Source: Coraliomargaritaceae bacterium (GTDB taxonomy: Bacteria; Verrucomicrobiota; Verrucomicrobiia; Opitutales; Coraliomargaritaceae). From it: a stretch of 64,000 nucleotides of DNA. A model generated the notes under the pieces. It did no database searches. It was not told the origin of the DNA and saw only the letters and a list, made by a program, of their open reading frames with translations. Location: positions 7,022 through 71,021 of the forward strand of contig JBMHBT010000013.1 of the NCBI GenBank assembly GCA_049890275.1, written 5' to 3'. A program made the translations under genes and the position numbers. Positions 39,570 to 50,045 of the stretch are shown here, piece by piece (position 1 is the stretch's first letter; every line of letters begins with the position of its first letter).

Positions 39570-41903
39570 TTAGGAGGGACTTAGCGGGTTGGATTCCTTT
39601 GCGGTTGCTATGGCTTTGTGGAGGCGACTTCGGAGGTGTGTGCGGCGTACTTCAGTTTTGTTGTTACGAATGGCCATGGAGTAAGCCTCGGTCGAACCGA
39701 TGAGGAAAACCTTGCGCCGAGCGCGGGTAATGCCGGTGTAGACAAGGTTACGCTGGAGCATCATGAAGTGTTGCTTGAGGAGGGGTATGAGGACGACGGG
39801 GTATTCGCTGCCTTGGCTTTTGTGGATGCTAATAGCATAAGCGTGACGGACTTCGGAGAGTTCTGATTTTGTATACTCTACATTTTCTCCGTCAAAATCG
39901 ATTGAGATGGAGGATGCGTCAGGGGCGATGCCAACAATAATCCCAGTGTCTCCATTGAAGATATTTTTATCATAGTTATTACGGGTCTGTATAACTTTAT
40001 CACCGATACGAAAGATGGCTGCTCCCAGGTTGAGTTCGGCGGGCAGGGGTTTGCGTGTCTTTTCTCGAAAGTGTACCTGACGTACCGCTTGCGTGCCGGC
40101 TTTGGCTGCCAGTCGTTCTTGCGCTTTCGCGCGGTTATTGAGGGCTTCCTGTAGTGATGCATTGAGTGCCGAGATTCCGGCGGTTCCGCGGTGCATAGGG
40201 CAGAGCACTTGAATGTCTCGAATCGGGTCTATGCCATACGTTTTTGGTAAAAATTCAGCGGAGAGATAGCGAATGGCATCGGCTGTTTGCTCCGCATCAG
40301 CCGCTTCAATAAAGGTACAATCCTGTTCCGGGTCGAGTCGTCGAAGGCTGTCAATACAGTAGGGCGGTACGGCTTCGCCCTTGAGGATACCGTGTGCGGT
40401 CGTGACGATACCGCTGGTCTCTCCTTGGCGGAATATAGTATCCAGACAAGAGACTCGAGCGGGCGGCGCGGTCATGAGGTCACTGAGGATGTTGCCCGGG
40501 CCAACAGAGGGGAGCTGGTCAGAATCACCAACCAGTAGGAGGCAGGCCGTTGCAGGGATGGCTTCGGCCAGACTGTTGGCCAGTCGTGTATCGAGCATAC
40601 TGGCTTCGTCGACAATAATTACATCGCAGGGCAGGGGATTATCCGCGTCGTGGATAAATGTACGGGTGGCTCCATCGTACTTGAGTAAACGATGGAGTGT
40701 GCTGGCCGGTGCTCCGGCTGCTTCTGAGAGGCGCTGGGCGGCGCGACCGGTGGGGGAGGCAAGGAGAATACGTGCTCTCTTTGCTTTCAGGATGTCAACT
40801 AGTGAGCGCAGGATAGTGGTCTTTCCAGTTCCCGGGCCGCCGGTAATAATGGAGACTTTCGCTGAGAGGGTTCGCTTGAGGGCATCGGCCTGTTTTGGAG
40901 CAAATGTAAATCCGGCCCTCTGCTGGGCCCACTCGATGGCCGATTCAGTCTTAATAGAAGGGAGAGTGGAAGGAGTTTGGTGGATCGTAATGAGCCGCTG
41001 GGCGATTCTCTTTTCAGCTCCTGCCATTGGGGGACGTTGGCAGGCTGGACCGAGGGAGGACTGGTCGGTCTCGATTGCCTCCAGAGAGTAGAGGCGCTTT
41101 TCTTTGATCAGTCGTCGGATACGTTCTTCGATCAGGTGAGGCTGGAGTCCGAGTAGTTCGGTACTGGTTTCGACCAGAATGGTTTGGAGGCCAATGGTGT
41201 GGCCGTCTTCTTCCAGCTTGCGCAGGGTGTGCAGGATGCCCGCATCGATTCGTTCTTTTGAGTTGGTTGGGAAGCCGAGGTTCAGCGCTAGTTTATCAGC
41301 CGTTTTAAAACCGATATTTTCAATGTCTTCAGCGAGCCGGTACGGGGCGTCTTGTAGGACACGTTTAGCCCCGTTGCCATATTTTTTGACTAGACGTACA
41401 CACTGTGCGGGGGTGACTCCGTAGGTTTGTAGAAAAATAATAATATCGCGTACCGCGACTTGTTGATCCCAAGCAGATTTGATGGCTTTAGCGCGGGTTT
41501 TTCCGATCCCCGGGATTTCATGGAGTCGACCGGAGTCACTACTAATGATTGCAAGCGTATCTGCACCGAAGTAATCGACGATTTTGCTCGCGTAGGATTT
41601 TCCAATACCGGGAACCATGCCGCTACCGAGGTATTTTCGGATACCGTGTACGGAAGCAGGTAAGCGAGAGGTAAAGTTACTTATTTTGAATTGATCGCCA
41701 TGTGTTGGGTGGCGTGTCCATTGGCCTGTAAGTTGAAGTGTTTCTCCACATTGTACCCCCGGAAGATTACCCAGGATCGTTGTTGGTTGGCTGTTTTTCT
41801 CAACGCTGAGTTCGGCAACACAGTAAGCGTTTTCTTCATTGCTAAAGATGATTCTTTCAAGGACTCCGGTTAGGGATTCTTGGTTATTCGCTTCTGTATG
41901 CAT
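39570..41903 (-). CDS. recD2: RecD2-type SF1B ATP-dependent DNA helicase
   Basis: 777 aa with an N-terminal OB/HhH region (VPGIGKSYASKIV; IPGIGKTRAKAI), Walker A ITGGPGTGKTT, DEASM, and a C-terminal SH3-like insert plus the YAISIHKSQGSEYP motif. Confidence 0.88.
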   Translation of the reverse strand: MHTEANNQESLTGVLERIIFSNEENAYCVAELSVEKNSQPTTILGNLPGVQCGETLQLTGQWTRHPTHGDQFKISNFTSRLPASVHGIRKYLGSGMVPGIGKSYASKIVDYFGADTLAIISSDSGRLHEIPGIGKTRAKAIKSAWDQQVAVRDIIIFLQTYGVTPAQCVRLVKKYGNGAKRVLQDAPYRLAEDIENIGFKTADKLALNLGFPTNSKERIDAGILHTLRKLEEDGHTIGLQTILVETSTELLGLQPHLIEERIRRLIKEKRLYSLEAIETDQSSLGPACQRPPMAGAEKRIAQRLITIHQTPSTLPSIKTESAIEWAQQRAGFTFAPKQADALKRTLSAKVSIITGGPGTGKTTILRSLVDILKAKRARILLASPTGRAAQRLSEAAGAPASTLHRLLKYDGATRTFIHDADNPLPCDVIIVDEASMLDTRLANSLAEAIPATACLLLVGDSDQLPSVGPGNILSDLMTAPPARVSCLDTIFRQGETSGIVTTAHGILKGEAVPPYCIDSLRRLDPEQDCTFIEAADAEQTADAIRYLSAEFLPKTYGIDPIRDIQVLCPMHRGTAGISALNASLQEALNNRAKAQERLAAKAGTQAVRQVHFREKTRKPLPAELNLGAAIFRIGDKVIQTRNNYDKNIFNGDTGIIVGIAPDASSISIDFDGENVEYTKSELSEVRHAYAISIHKSQGSEYPVVLIPLLKQHFMMLQRNLVYTGITRARRKVFLIGSTEAYSMAIRNNKTEVRRTHLRSRLHKAIATAKESNPLSPS

Positions 41904-42141
41904 CTTATCTAATAATGGCTAATGCGAGAGCGATGGAGGTCAACACAGGTGTTTGAGAGGGCTGAAAACATCTGTTTCTTAATTGCTGACATGGATTGAT
42001 AAGTACCGTAACTTCATAGGCAATTAAGAGAACCAATTGTTTCGTCTGCTTATCCAGTTTTTTGATGGTATTGTATTTCACAGATCGTTTTTACCATTTT
42101 AGGCGGTTTTTTTCCTCTTCTTTCAAGCGGTTCACTTTTGC

Positions 42142-44772
42142 TTGTGTCATTTATCAACGGAGGTGGTTCGTTTGAAGTATCGACCAAAGAGTGGATCCGG
42201 TCGTCATAGAGAACAAAGTCGTCGGCATTCTTTGCGGCGAAGCAGTGGCTCGAATCAGGGAAGCCAGAACTCTTCACCACATAAGAAGCGTGTGACTCGG
42301 ACTCCTATTCCCCTAAAAAATGCACACTCGCAGAAGGGATTACAAAAGGCGAAAACTTCTTCCTTTCGTAAAACAAGGGCCTCCAATGAATCGCTGGAAA
42401 CGGCACTAGAGATTAAAAAAAAGCCTGTTGGGCTTCTTTTCTTACCAGCATTATTGGTTATATCGGTTCTGGTTTATTTCGGAGGAATCGAGTCTCCGTG
42501 GATTTCCGCTTTCACCGTTATTAGTTCTGGAGCTTATTTAATCTACTGCCCGCCTCAATACAGTCTTGGAAGAACGATACATATTGGTTTAGCCATCGTT
42601 CTTGGGGGTGCTTTTCTGTCCTTTTTGCCTTCCTTTTATTGGCCGCAACCAGACTGGCGGATCATTGCCAATAAAGAGTTATCAATGGATTTGCCCCTTC
42701 TTTTGAGTATTCAGCCTTTTAAAAGCTGGGAATACTTTGTCCTGCTAGTTGCTGGTTTGAGTTGGTTTTATGTATTGGCAACTAGTTTTGTAAATAGGTC
42801 GGGCTGGCGTTGGTTTTTTGGTGTGCTGAGTCTGACTATGCTGAGTTTTTCCTTATTGGTCATTTTGGGAACTCTTTTTGAGTGGCAAATCTCAGGTCTG
42901 GATGTCAGTCAGGGATTCAGATTTTTCGCTGAACGAGAAATCACAGCAAACTTTTTAGCATTGGGAGGTTTCGCTTGTGCTTGCTTTGGCCTACGTGGAA
43001 TAGGAAAGCGTCACACGCTGAATTTACTCAGCTTGCTGGTTTCAATTGTTTGTCTAGCGGCCCTTTTTATCGGCCAGATGAATACAGGCTTACTCTTGTT
43101 CTTTTTCGGTCTTTTCGTGTGGTTTCTCTCCTCCGTTATCAGAATTCCGCGCAAGGAGCTTACGAAATATGTTCTCCCTCTGGTCCTCATTTCTTTGCTG
43201 CTCTGGTTTGTTTTACCGGAAGGTATTTTAGGTTATTTGGCTGGTTTTGTTGTCGAGACTTCGCAATCAGGAGTCGGTTCGAGGGTTCCAGTTTACTTAG
43301 ACTGTTTTGAGTTAATTGCTGAATCCCCTCTAGCGGGAATTGGTCTGGGTAATTTTTCAGAAGTATTTCCCCGATATAGAATTTTTTCCCAATCCCCGAG
43401 TATCGTCGATTATCCCAAGAGTGATTTACTCTGGTTTGTAGCTGAAGGTGGATTGATTTCTTTCCTCGGTATAGTTGTTTGTTCTTACGGATACCTTCGG
43501 ATTTCCCGGGAAAGAAAAACAAGTTCATATCGATGCTTCCGCAGGATTGTATTTTTAGGTGTAGCTTTGTTTTTTATTCACGCCTCAGTCGCTACACCGG
43601 CGCACCATACCGGGCCCTTGTACCTGGCTCTTGTATTTGCTGCACTGGCTATTCCAAATGAATCATTAAAGAAAAATTCACTGCCTTTATACTGGTGGCG
43701 TTTGGTCGGTGTTGCTCTTATACTGAACGGCATGTATTGGGTCGCTGGTCACGCCTTGGGCGTGGGTGTACATTCACTGACGGTTCGTCAGCTAGCAGAA
43801 GAGCAGATGAATTCGGGTGTATCCGTGGGTCTGACAAAAGGGGATGACGACTTTGCTTTAAACCAAGCACTGCGTCGAAACCCCATGGATTGGAGGTTTT
43901 ATTATGAGCGTGGCAAATGGGCACTTTCGGTACATGAAGATTTTGATTTGGCAAAATCTGATTTTGAGCGTGCAGCTTTTTGTCAACCGTTACTATCGGA
44001 GGTGCGATTCGTGGAGGGCTTAGAGTGGATACAATATGATCCTTCACAAACGAGCGCTGCTTGGTTGAGTGCATTGCATCGGTTTTCAAATGATCGGAAT
44101 GCTCTGTTTCAAAGGATGCTGGCAGGAGCGCAGAGTTACCCTCTTATGATCGATCGCATGAGGCGTCTCTCTTATTTAAATACGACTTACCGCAGGGAAT
44201 ACTTATTATCGAAAGAGGGAACTTCGCTTTTAAAAGAATTAGCAAATGATTTTTCAGAGTACCCTTCTTTGTCCAATTTCAGTATCGAAGATCGAAGTAT
44301 TATTATCTCTCACTGGTTACAATACGCTGAGGTGGAAGATGTCGGTTTGTACATGGATCGTTATGGTGAGGATTTAAAGGACCGATGGTATATCGATGCT
44401 CAATTCTTCAGTCGTAAGGCAGATTTTTCCGCTGCGGTTGAGCTTGTTGTGCAGAATATAGAGCCACTCGAAATAAAAGTAGATGGGACAACAGAAAAGG
44501 ATCTTTCAGGCTTGAAGCGTTCTTACGCAGTTTTACCGGGAGATTTGAGTCGAGGCCTGGAGTTGCTGGGTGTTTATCTGGCGACCGGGGAACTTGAATC
44601 TGCTTTGCAGTTAATCGAATCTCTTTTGGAAACAGGGACGGATGCTTCGGAAATTTATTATTGGCGTGCGGAGGTGCTTCGCCGATTAGGCGATTTTTCT
44701 GAAAGTTGGTATGCTTTCGTCGATTACTTAAATCGTTCCATCGATTCGCGACTGGCAAAAAAGTCTGATTAG
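42142..44772 (+). CDS. O-antigen-ligase (Wzy_C)-like polytopic membrane protein with basic N-terminal tail and C-terminal helical-repeat (TPR-like) region
   Basis: At least 10 hydrophobic segments and a GIGLGNFSEVF motif after a loop, as in O-antigen ligase family proteins. The C-terminal ~350 aa are soluble and repeat-like. The start is non-ATG; a GGAGG sequence lies 7 nt before an in-frame TTG at 42172. Confidence 0.55.
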   Translation: MCHLSTEVVRLKYRPKSGSGRHREQSRRHSLRRSSGSNQGSQNSSPHKKRVTRTPIPLKNAHSQKGLQKAKTSSFRKTRASNESLETALEIKKKPVGLLFLPALLVISVLVYFGGIESPWISAFTVISSGAYLIYCPPQYSLGRTIHIGLAIVLGGAFLSFLPSFYWPQPDWRIIANKELSMDLPLLLSIQPFKSWEYFVLLVAGLSWFYVLATSFVNRSGWRWFFGVLSLTMLSFSLLVILGTLFEWQISGLDVSQGFRFFAEREITANFLALGGFACACFGLRGIGKRHTLNLLSLLVSIVCLAALFIGQMNTGLLLFFFGLFVWFLSSVIRIPRKELTKYVLPLVLISLLLWFVLPEGILGYLAGFVVETSQSGVGSRVPVYLDCFELIAESPLAGIGLGNFSEVFPRYRIFSQSPSIVDYPKSDLLWFVAEGGLISFLGIVVCSYGYLRISRERKTSSYRCFRRIVFLGVALFFIHASVATPAHHTGPLYLALVFAALAIPNESLKKNSLPLYWWRLVGVALILNGMYWVAGHALGVGVHSLTVRQLAEEQMNSGVSVGLTKGDDDFALNQALRRNPMDWRFYYERGKWALSVHEDFDLAKSDFERAAFCQPLLSEVRFVEGLEWIQYDPSQTSAAWLSALHRFSNDRNALFQRMLAGAQSYPLMIDRMRRLSYLNTTYRREYLLSKEGTSLLKELANDFSEYPSLSNFSIEDRSIIISHWLQYAEVEDVGLYMDRYGEDLKDRWYIDAQFFSRKADFSAAVELVVQNIEPLEIKVDGTTEKDLSGLKRSYAVLPGDLSRGLELLGVYLATGELESALQLIESLLETGTDASEIYYWRAEVLRRLGDFSESWYAFVDYLNRSIDSRLAKKSD

Positions 44773-44843
44773 ACAAGGGTTGTCTTCCGTTCTGATCCAG
44801 TACAATTAGAAGGTGAACGATAACATACAAAACAACTAATGCT

Positions 44844-45620
44844 GTGAGTATTTCGACTAAAGACATTCGGGATTTAAAGGGACAACGTCCCATTGTAGCG
44901 ACAACTGCTTATGATTCGGTGATGGCGCATCATGCGGATAATGCTGGGGTCGACTTTATCCTTGTCGGTGATTCTGTGGGGACGACGCAATTAGGATTCA
45001 GCACAACTGTTCCAGTTACATTGGAGATGATGTTGCATCATACTGCTGCAGTCGCCCGTGCACAACCGAATGCCTTGCTGGTAGCCGACCTGCCTTTTGC
45101 CCTAGCGCGCGGTAGTTTTGATTTATTGTTGGAAGCTGCCTGTCGTTTGGTGCAGGAGGGCGGTGCAGAAGCGATAAAAATTGAGGGGGATGCTTCTCTG
45201 GCTCCCGATTTGAAGCGCTTGGTTGCTGCCGGTATACCAGTTATGGGTCATATTGGTCTCTTGCCTCAGCACTTTCATCAGTTGGGCGGTTACCGTACTT
45301 TCGGACGTAGTGAATCAGAGAAACAGACGCTTTTAGAAGATGCCCTTGCTTTGGAAAGCTCAGGCTGCTTCGCCATTCTCTGTGAAATGACAGACAGCAT
45401 GTTTTGCGGTACGCTATCGAGTGAATTGAAGGTACCTTTAATTGGCATTGGCAGCGGTCCGCATTGTGACGGACAAATATTGGTAAGCAATGACATGCTT
45501 GGGCTTGGTGCCGGGCAAGTACCGGGCTTTGTGAAACAATATGCTTCATTGGGGCAACAAATCGAATCCGCTTTTTCTGTCTATGCAGAGGAGGTCCGCA
45601 ACCGTCGCTTTCCTTCATGA
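44844..45620 (+). CDS. panB: 3-methyl-2-oxobutanoate hydroxymethyltransferase
   Basis: 258 aa. [47 protein letters not shown] is the typical PanB block. GTG start. Confidence 0.93.
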   Translation: MSISTKDIRDLKGQRPIVATTAYDSVMAHHADNAGVDFILVGDSVGTTQLGFSTTVPVTLEMMLHHTAAVARAQPNALLVADLPFALARGSFDLLLEAACRLVQEGGAEAIKIEGDASLAPDLKRLVAAGIPVMGHIGLLPQHFHQLGGYRTFGRSESEKQTLLEDALALESSGCFAILCEMTDSMFCGTLSSELKVPLIGIGSGPHCDGQILVSNDMLGLGAGQVPGFVKQYASLGQQIESAFSVYAEEVRNRRFPS

Positions 45621-46615
45621 ATATTTGCATACTCGGTGCCGGCGCATGGGGTACGGCCATGGCACTTCATTTAGAACGATGTGGTCACTCGGTGACTCTG
45701 GTTCCTCGCCGAATAGAACAAGCCTTAGCTTTGGCTTCCAGTCGCGAGAATAAAGATTACCTTTCCGGTTACAAGTTACCGGGCAGTATACAAATCGGCT
45801 ATGAACCGTTTCCCGTTCTGATGGAGGCTGAAGCTGTTTTTCTTGCCTGCCCGGCTAAGGCGCTGCGCCCCCTTTGCCAGCAATTGGTTCATCAACTGGA
45901 AGGCGCGTGGCAGTTGAAATTATTTGTTGTCTTATGTAAGGGCTTGGATGCCGAAACACTCAAAACGCCTTCCGAAACAGTCGGTGAATTTTTTCCTCAT
46001 GTCGCTTGTTCTGTTTTGTCCGGGCCGACATGTGCCACAGAAGTAGCGGCAGCTAAGCCTACTGCTATGACATTTGCAGTCGATTCGGAATTTGTCGGTG
46101 CATCTCGTTATCAGGAAGCCTTCAGTAGTTCTACTTTACGTACCTACCTCAGTCATGATGTTCGCGGTACTGAGCTCGGCGGCATCTTAAAAAATATTTA
46201 TGCCGTCGCTTCGGGGGTGTGCGATGGCTTACAATTGGGCGATAATGCCAAAGCCGCTTTACTGACACGTAGCCTCCATGAGATGGTTATGATTGGTCAG
46301 TCGCTAGGTGGGAAGTCTCCAACTTTTTTCGGCTTGAGTGGATTCGGAGACTTGGTTGCCACCTGTACCGGATCATGGAGTCGAAACCGAACTTTTGGGG
46401 AGCAGATCGGAGCGGGACAGACGCCGGAAGCATTAATTGGCAACCGGAAGACTGTGGTTGAGGGATATTGGGCGACGCGTTGTATGAAGGACTTGTGTAG
46501 CCAACAAAATATAGATGCGCCCATTCTCGACCAAATTCATGCGATCTTATATAAGAATAAAAATCCGTTGGTTGCGCTTCAGGCATTGATGAACCGCGAT
46601 CTAAAGCCTGAATAA
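45617..46615 (+). CDS. gpsA: NAD(P)H-dependent glycerol-3-phosphate dehydrogenase
   Basis: 332 aa with [14 protein letters not shown] (Rossmann fold), [10 protein letters not shown] and GFGDLVATC motifs. The ATGA overlaps the panB stop. Confidence 0.93.
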   Translation: MNICILGAGAWGTAMALHLERCGHSVTLVPRRIEQALALASSRENKDYLSGYKLPGSIQIGYEPFPVLMEAEAVFLACPAKALRPLCQQLVHQLEGAWQLKLFVVLCKGLDAETLKTPSETVGEFFPHVACSVLSGPTCATEVAAAKPTAMTFAVDSEFVGASRYQEAFSSSTLRTYLSHDVRGTELGGILKNIYAVASGVCDGLQLGDNAKAALLTRSLHEMVMIGQSLGGKSPTFFGLSGFGDLVATCTGSWSRNRTFGEQIGAGQTPEALIGNRKTVVEGYWATRCMKDLCSQQNIDAPILDQIHAILYKNKNPLVALQALMNRDLKPE

Positions 46616-46654
46616 TTCAAATTTCCTAAGTATTTTTAAAATAGAAGCAGCGTC

Positions 46655-47164
46655 ATGCCGAAAAAACTCTATAAAGTTTCCCATTCATCGATTCATCAGC
46701 GGGGCTTGTTCGCCTCAGCTAAAATTCGTGAAGGAGTTGAAATCCTCCAGTATGTAGGTGAGAAGATCAGTAAGGAGGAATCCAGCCGTCGAGCCTTAGA
46801 GTGGGAAGAGTCCGCTCGGGTGAGCGGAGAAGGGCTGGTCTATATTTTTGAGCTCGATGATGACTGGGATATTGATGGGCGCGTGGGCGAAAACCCGGCT
46901 CGCTACATAAATCATTCCTGCGACGGCAATTGTGAAGCGATAAATTGTGACGGAGAGATCTGGATTACCGCGCGTCGGGACATCGCCAAGGGAGAAGAGC
47001 TGGTTTATGATTACGGCTATGATATGGAGCATTTTCTGGATCATCCCTGCCGCTGTGGTTCGAAGAATTGTATTGGATATATTGTACGTGAAGATCAGCG
47101 ACAGAAGGTTAAGAAATTACTCAAGCGGAAAAAGAAGAAGACAAAGAAGGCAAAGAGTCAGTAG
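46655..47164 (+). CDS. SET-domain protein-lysine methyltransferase with post-SET Cys cluster and polylysine C-terminal tail
   Basis: 169 aa with [42 protein letters not shown] and the tail [19 protein letters not shown]. Confidence 0.85.
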   Translation: MPKKLYKVSHSSIHQRGLFASAKIREGVEILQYVGEKISKEESSRRALEWEESARVSGEGLVYIFELDDDWDIDGRVGENPARYINHSCDGNCEAINCDGEIWITARRDIAKGEELVYDYGYDMEHFLDHPCRCGSKNCIGYIVREDQRQKVKKLLKRKKKKTKKAKSQ

Positions 47165-47217
47165 GTGTGTATTTTCAATCACTGCTGAATGCAGATTAAG
47201 GGTGCTTACCTGCGGAT

Positions 47218-48141
47218 CTACTTGAGCCCGATTTCGATCAATCTCTCTTCAAGAAATTTCTGTCCGGTTATATCGGGTGCTTCATTGCCATCTCGAAATT
47301 GCGGCAGGCAACGAAGAATTGAATCCGGGCGCGGATGTAAGAAAAAGGGCATTGAAAAGCGTCTTTCTCTGGAATTATCAGGATTGATCACTCGATGAAC
47401 GGTTGCCGGTATATGATTGTTGGTAATCCGTGCGAGCATATCCCCGGCATCCGCGATGATTGCATCACTGGGTGCTTCTACTTTCCGCCAAATACCATCC
47501 CGATCCTGTAGTTCCAGTCCTGTAGCGCTGGCAGAGACAAGCAGGGTAATCAGATTGATATCACTATGCGCTGCGGCACGGACTGATTCAGGGTTCACCT
47601 CGGAAGGAATTGCCGGATAATGTAACAGACGCAGGATGGAGTTTCCTTTAGAGGCAATGCCTTCAAAATAATCTTTTTCCACTTCCAGTTGTCCGGTTAA
47701 TGCTTGGAGTAGGAGCATTCCCGTTGTGTCCAGCGCTTCATACATCCAGCTGACATCGCTTTTAAAATTAGTCGGATGATTCGGCCAAACATTTGGTGCG
47801 ATGGAGTCTCTTCCGACATGCCAAAATTCTTTGAGATCGGCTGCCTTGGCTCCTTTTGCGTGTTCCCTTCCATAGGGAGTGAATCCGCGCTGACCGTGTT
47901 TGCCGACGATATAGGCACTTTTTTCCTCTTCCGATTGGTCGAAAAAAGCGGTTACCGTATTGTAGGTCTCATGCAAACGACTGAGGTCAATGCCATGGTC
48001 CGTCAGGATGATAAAGCCCGTATCTTTTAAGCTCTGATAAAGACTTTCACAGAATGCTTGCCGTGAAAGAGAACTTCCCTCCAGGTAGTCGGAAAGTCGG
48101 AGGGTTGTGACAGAATTTGAGTTTTTCTTTTTCATAAGCAA
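47218..48141 (-). CDS. 2-oxoglutarate/Fe(II)-dependent oxygenase (isopenicillin N synthase family)
   Basis: 307 aa. The HxD...H facial triad context (AAHSDINLITLL ... ATVHRV) and the N-terminal DIOX_N-like region fit this family. Confidence 0.85.
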   Translation of the reverse strand: MLMKKKNSNSVTTLRLSDYLEGSSLSRQAFCESLYQSLKDTGFIILTDHGIDLSRLHETYNTVTAFFDQSEEEKSAYIVGKHGQRGFTPYGREHAKGAKAADLKEFWHVGRDSIAPNVWPNHPTNFKSDVSWMYEALDTTGMLLLQALTGQLEVEKDYFEGIASKGNSILRLLHYPAIPSEVNPESVRAAAHSDINLITLLVSASATGLELQDRDGIWRKVEAPSDAIIADAGDMLARITNNHIPATVHRVINPDNSRERRFSMPFFLHPRPDSILRCLPQFRDGNEAPDITGQKFLEERLIEIGLK

Positions 48142-48298
48142 ATCTATGTGCGGTTCAGGTTTTGACTTCAGTATGGGTTTCTACAATCCATTCAAAGGTA
48201 CAAGTATCAAGACGATCTATGTGAGCGATGAATCATTCTTTAGGTGGAACAATGGAACTGCACCCAGGCTTTCAAACAATACTTCTCTTTCGTATACA

Positions 48299-48946
48299 AT
48301 GATGAAGCGTACACCTTTACTTATCGGTATCTGTGGCGCATCGGGATCGGGAAAAACCACTTTGGCGAATCACCTCGTAAAAGAACTGAAAAAGGCGGAC
48401 AAGTCGATGCGCGTCGAACAGTTCAGTTTGGATCGTTATTATTTGGGAGTAACCGAGAAGACCCTTGCTGAGCGTGCCACTCACAATTTTGATCATCCGG
48501 ATCAGATCGATTACCCGCTCTTTGAGAAACATTTGCAGCAGATTCGAGCAGGTATTGCGGTGGATATACCGAACTATGATTATGCCAGAAGCTGTCGTAC
48601 AGGGGAGACGGATCGTTTTAGCGCTTGTGATGTCCTTTTAGTGGATGGATTGCACTTGTATTATCGAGATTCGATCCGAGAGCTGTTTTCATTCAAGGTA
48701 TTCGTGCATACGCCACTGGAAGAATGCGAGCAGAGGCGAGTTATAAGGGATGTTTTGGAGCGGGGTCAATCCGAGGAAATTGTACGGAGTCAGTATAAAA
48801 AACACGTTATACCGATGTATAAAGAGTTTATCGAACCGAAGCAGGAACTCTCGGATTTGATTATCGAAGGTACAGAGAAAGTATCGGTGAACAGTCGCGC
48901 CGTTCTAGAGCAGTTGGCGCCTGTATTGGAAAAAATAAGAAGATAA
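48299..48946 (+). CDS. udk: Uridine kinase
   Basis: P-loop ICGASGSGKTT, FDHPDQIDYPLF, LLVDGLH and VIRDVLERGQS blocks align with Udk. I moved the start from the track value (48107, which overlaps the oxygenase gene) to the ATG-ATG at 48299. Confidence 0.85.
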   Translation: MMKRTPLLIGICGASGSGKTTLANHLVKELKKADKSMRVEQFSLDRYYLGVTEKTLAERATHNFDHPDQIDYPLFEKHLQQIRAGIAVDIPNYDYARSCRTGETDRFSACDVLLVDGLHLYYRDSIRELFSFKVFVHTPLEECEQRRVIRDVLERGQSEEIVRSQYKKHVIPMYKEFIEPKQELSDLIIEGTEKVSVNSRAVLEQLAPVLEKIRR

Positions 48947-49173
48947 ATATTCTGACCGGTTTTGGTGGTTTACCGAACTGTCCTGGCTGTTGGTAATTGT
49001 TTCAACTTAGGATTCATGCTCGCTGAGCAGTTGTTAGAGGGATCTGCATTCTGCCTACCGTAGGTCGATAGGACTATCGGTTTCCCCTCTAGCTCGATGG
49101 ATCTCTCGATTGCGATGAGGAAGGAATTTGTTTTGGATTGTCTTCTTCAGTCGTTTGCACGGAGATGTGTGCC

Positions 49174-49863
49174 ATGGATACAATTCTTATTACGGGTACT
49201 AATCGGGGTATCGGTCTCGGTCTCTTGAAACGTTATTTAGAAGCCGGTAAGACGGTCTATGCTACGGCTCGTAAACCCAGTGAGATAGAAGCTTTTCAAG
49301 CCCTTGCCGCTCAATTCGGGGATTCTTTTCGCCCGCTTGCATTGGATCTTGAGGAGGATGCTTCCATCCATGCGCTGGTCACTCAACTCGAAGGGGTAAC
49401 CTTGGATGCTTTGATTCATAATGCAGCCTGCTGTTTGGATGAAGGTCTCGGTGAGTGGACAGCTGCGGGTATGGAGAAAACCTTCCGGGTGAATGTGGTT
49501 GCTATTGCCTTGCTCACGCAAGCCCTGCTCACGCAAGTGAAGGATGGAGGAAAGATCATCCATATATCTTCGGGGGCTGGGTCAATGGCTTTGAATATCA
49601 ATCCACTCGCGCCCATGGACGTCTATACGATGAGTAAGGCTGCACTGAACATTTACTCACTTCGTTTAGCAGAGAAGCTTCGGGAGAGGGGAATTGTCGT
49701 GGTTGCTATGAGTCCCGGATGGGTCCGTACAGATATGGGCGGTCCGGAGGCGACTGCTAGTATTGAAGAAGCGACAAAAGACCTTGTTCAGACGATTAAC
49801 GGATTGGCAGTACAGGACTCAGGGCGCTTTATCTCCGAACGAGGTGAAACAATCCCATGGTAA
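49174..49863 (+). CDS. Short-chain dehydrogenase/reductase (SDR, CsgA/C-factor-like)
   Basis: ILITGTNRGIGLG cofactor motif and a Y-x3-K active site (YTMSKAALN). The start is set at MDTIL (49174) rather than the track start at 49138. Confidence 0.85.
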   Translation: MDTILITGTNRGIGLGLLKRYLEAGKTVYATARKPSEIEAFQALAAQFGDSFRPLALDLEEDASIHALVTQLEGVTLDALIHNAACCLDEGLGEWTAAGMEKTFRVNVVAIALLTQALLTQVKDGGKIIHISSGAGSMALNINPLAPMDVYTMSKAALNIYSLRLAEKLRERGIVVVAMSPGWVRTDMGGPEATASIEEATKDLVQTINGLAVQDSGRFISERGETIPW

Positions 49864-49993
49864 CTTCTTTTTGCCGTCACATCTCTTCATTGAGTAGAGT
49901 ATCTGGAGCTTTGGTCAGTACCAATTTTCCTGTCTCTCCACTTCTGTAACGATTCTGTACAGGCAAAGTCGAGTCGACGCGTGTTCCAATAAA

Positions 49994-50019
49994 AAAGCCC
50001 CACCTTGCGGTGGGGCTTT
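49994..50019 (-). terminator. Rho-independent terminator downstream of the PEP-CTERM gene 50046..50933
   Basis: Perfect 11-bp stem (aaagccccacc / ggtggggcttt) with loop ttgc. On the minus strand the GC core is followed by a T6 run. Confidence 0.7.
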
Positions 50020-50045
50020 AAAATCTACGATTGATTGCAGTAAGT

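Noticed and set aside
40381-41091. 236-aa plus-strand ORF opposite recD2.
   Set aside because: It is antisense to a well-supported helicase gene, and its translation is Arg/Ser/Ala-rich with no motif.
48107-48298. N-terminal 64 codons of the track ORF for uridine kinase, which overlap the start of the oxygenase gene on the other strand.
   Set aside because: The Udk homology begins at MMKRTPLLIGICGASGSGKTT, and the upstream extension is phenylalanine-rich with no homology. I chose the start at 48299.
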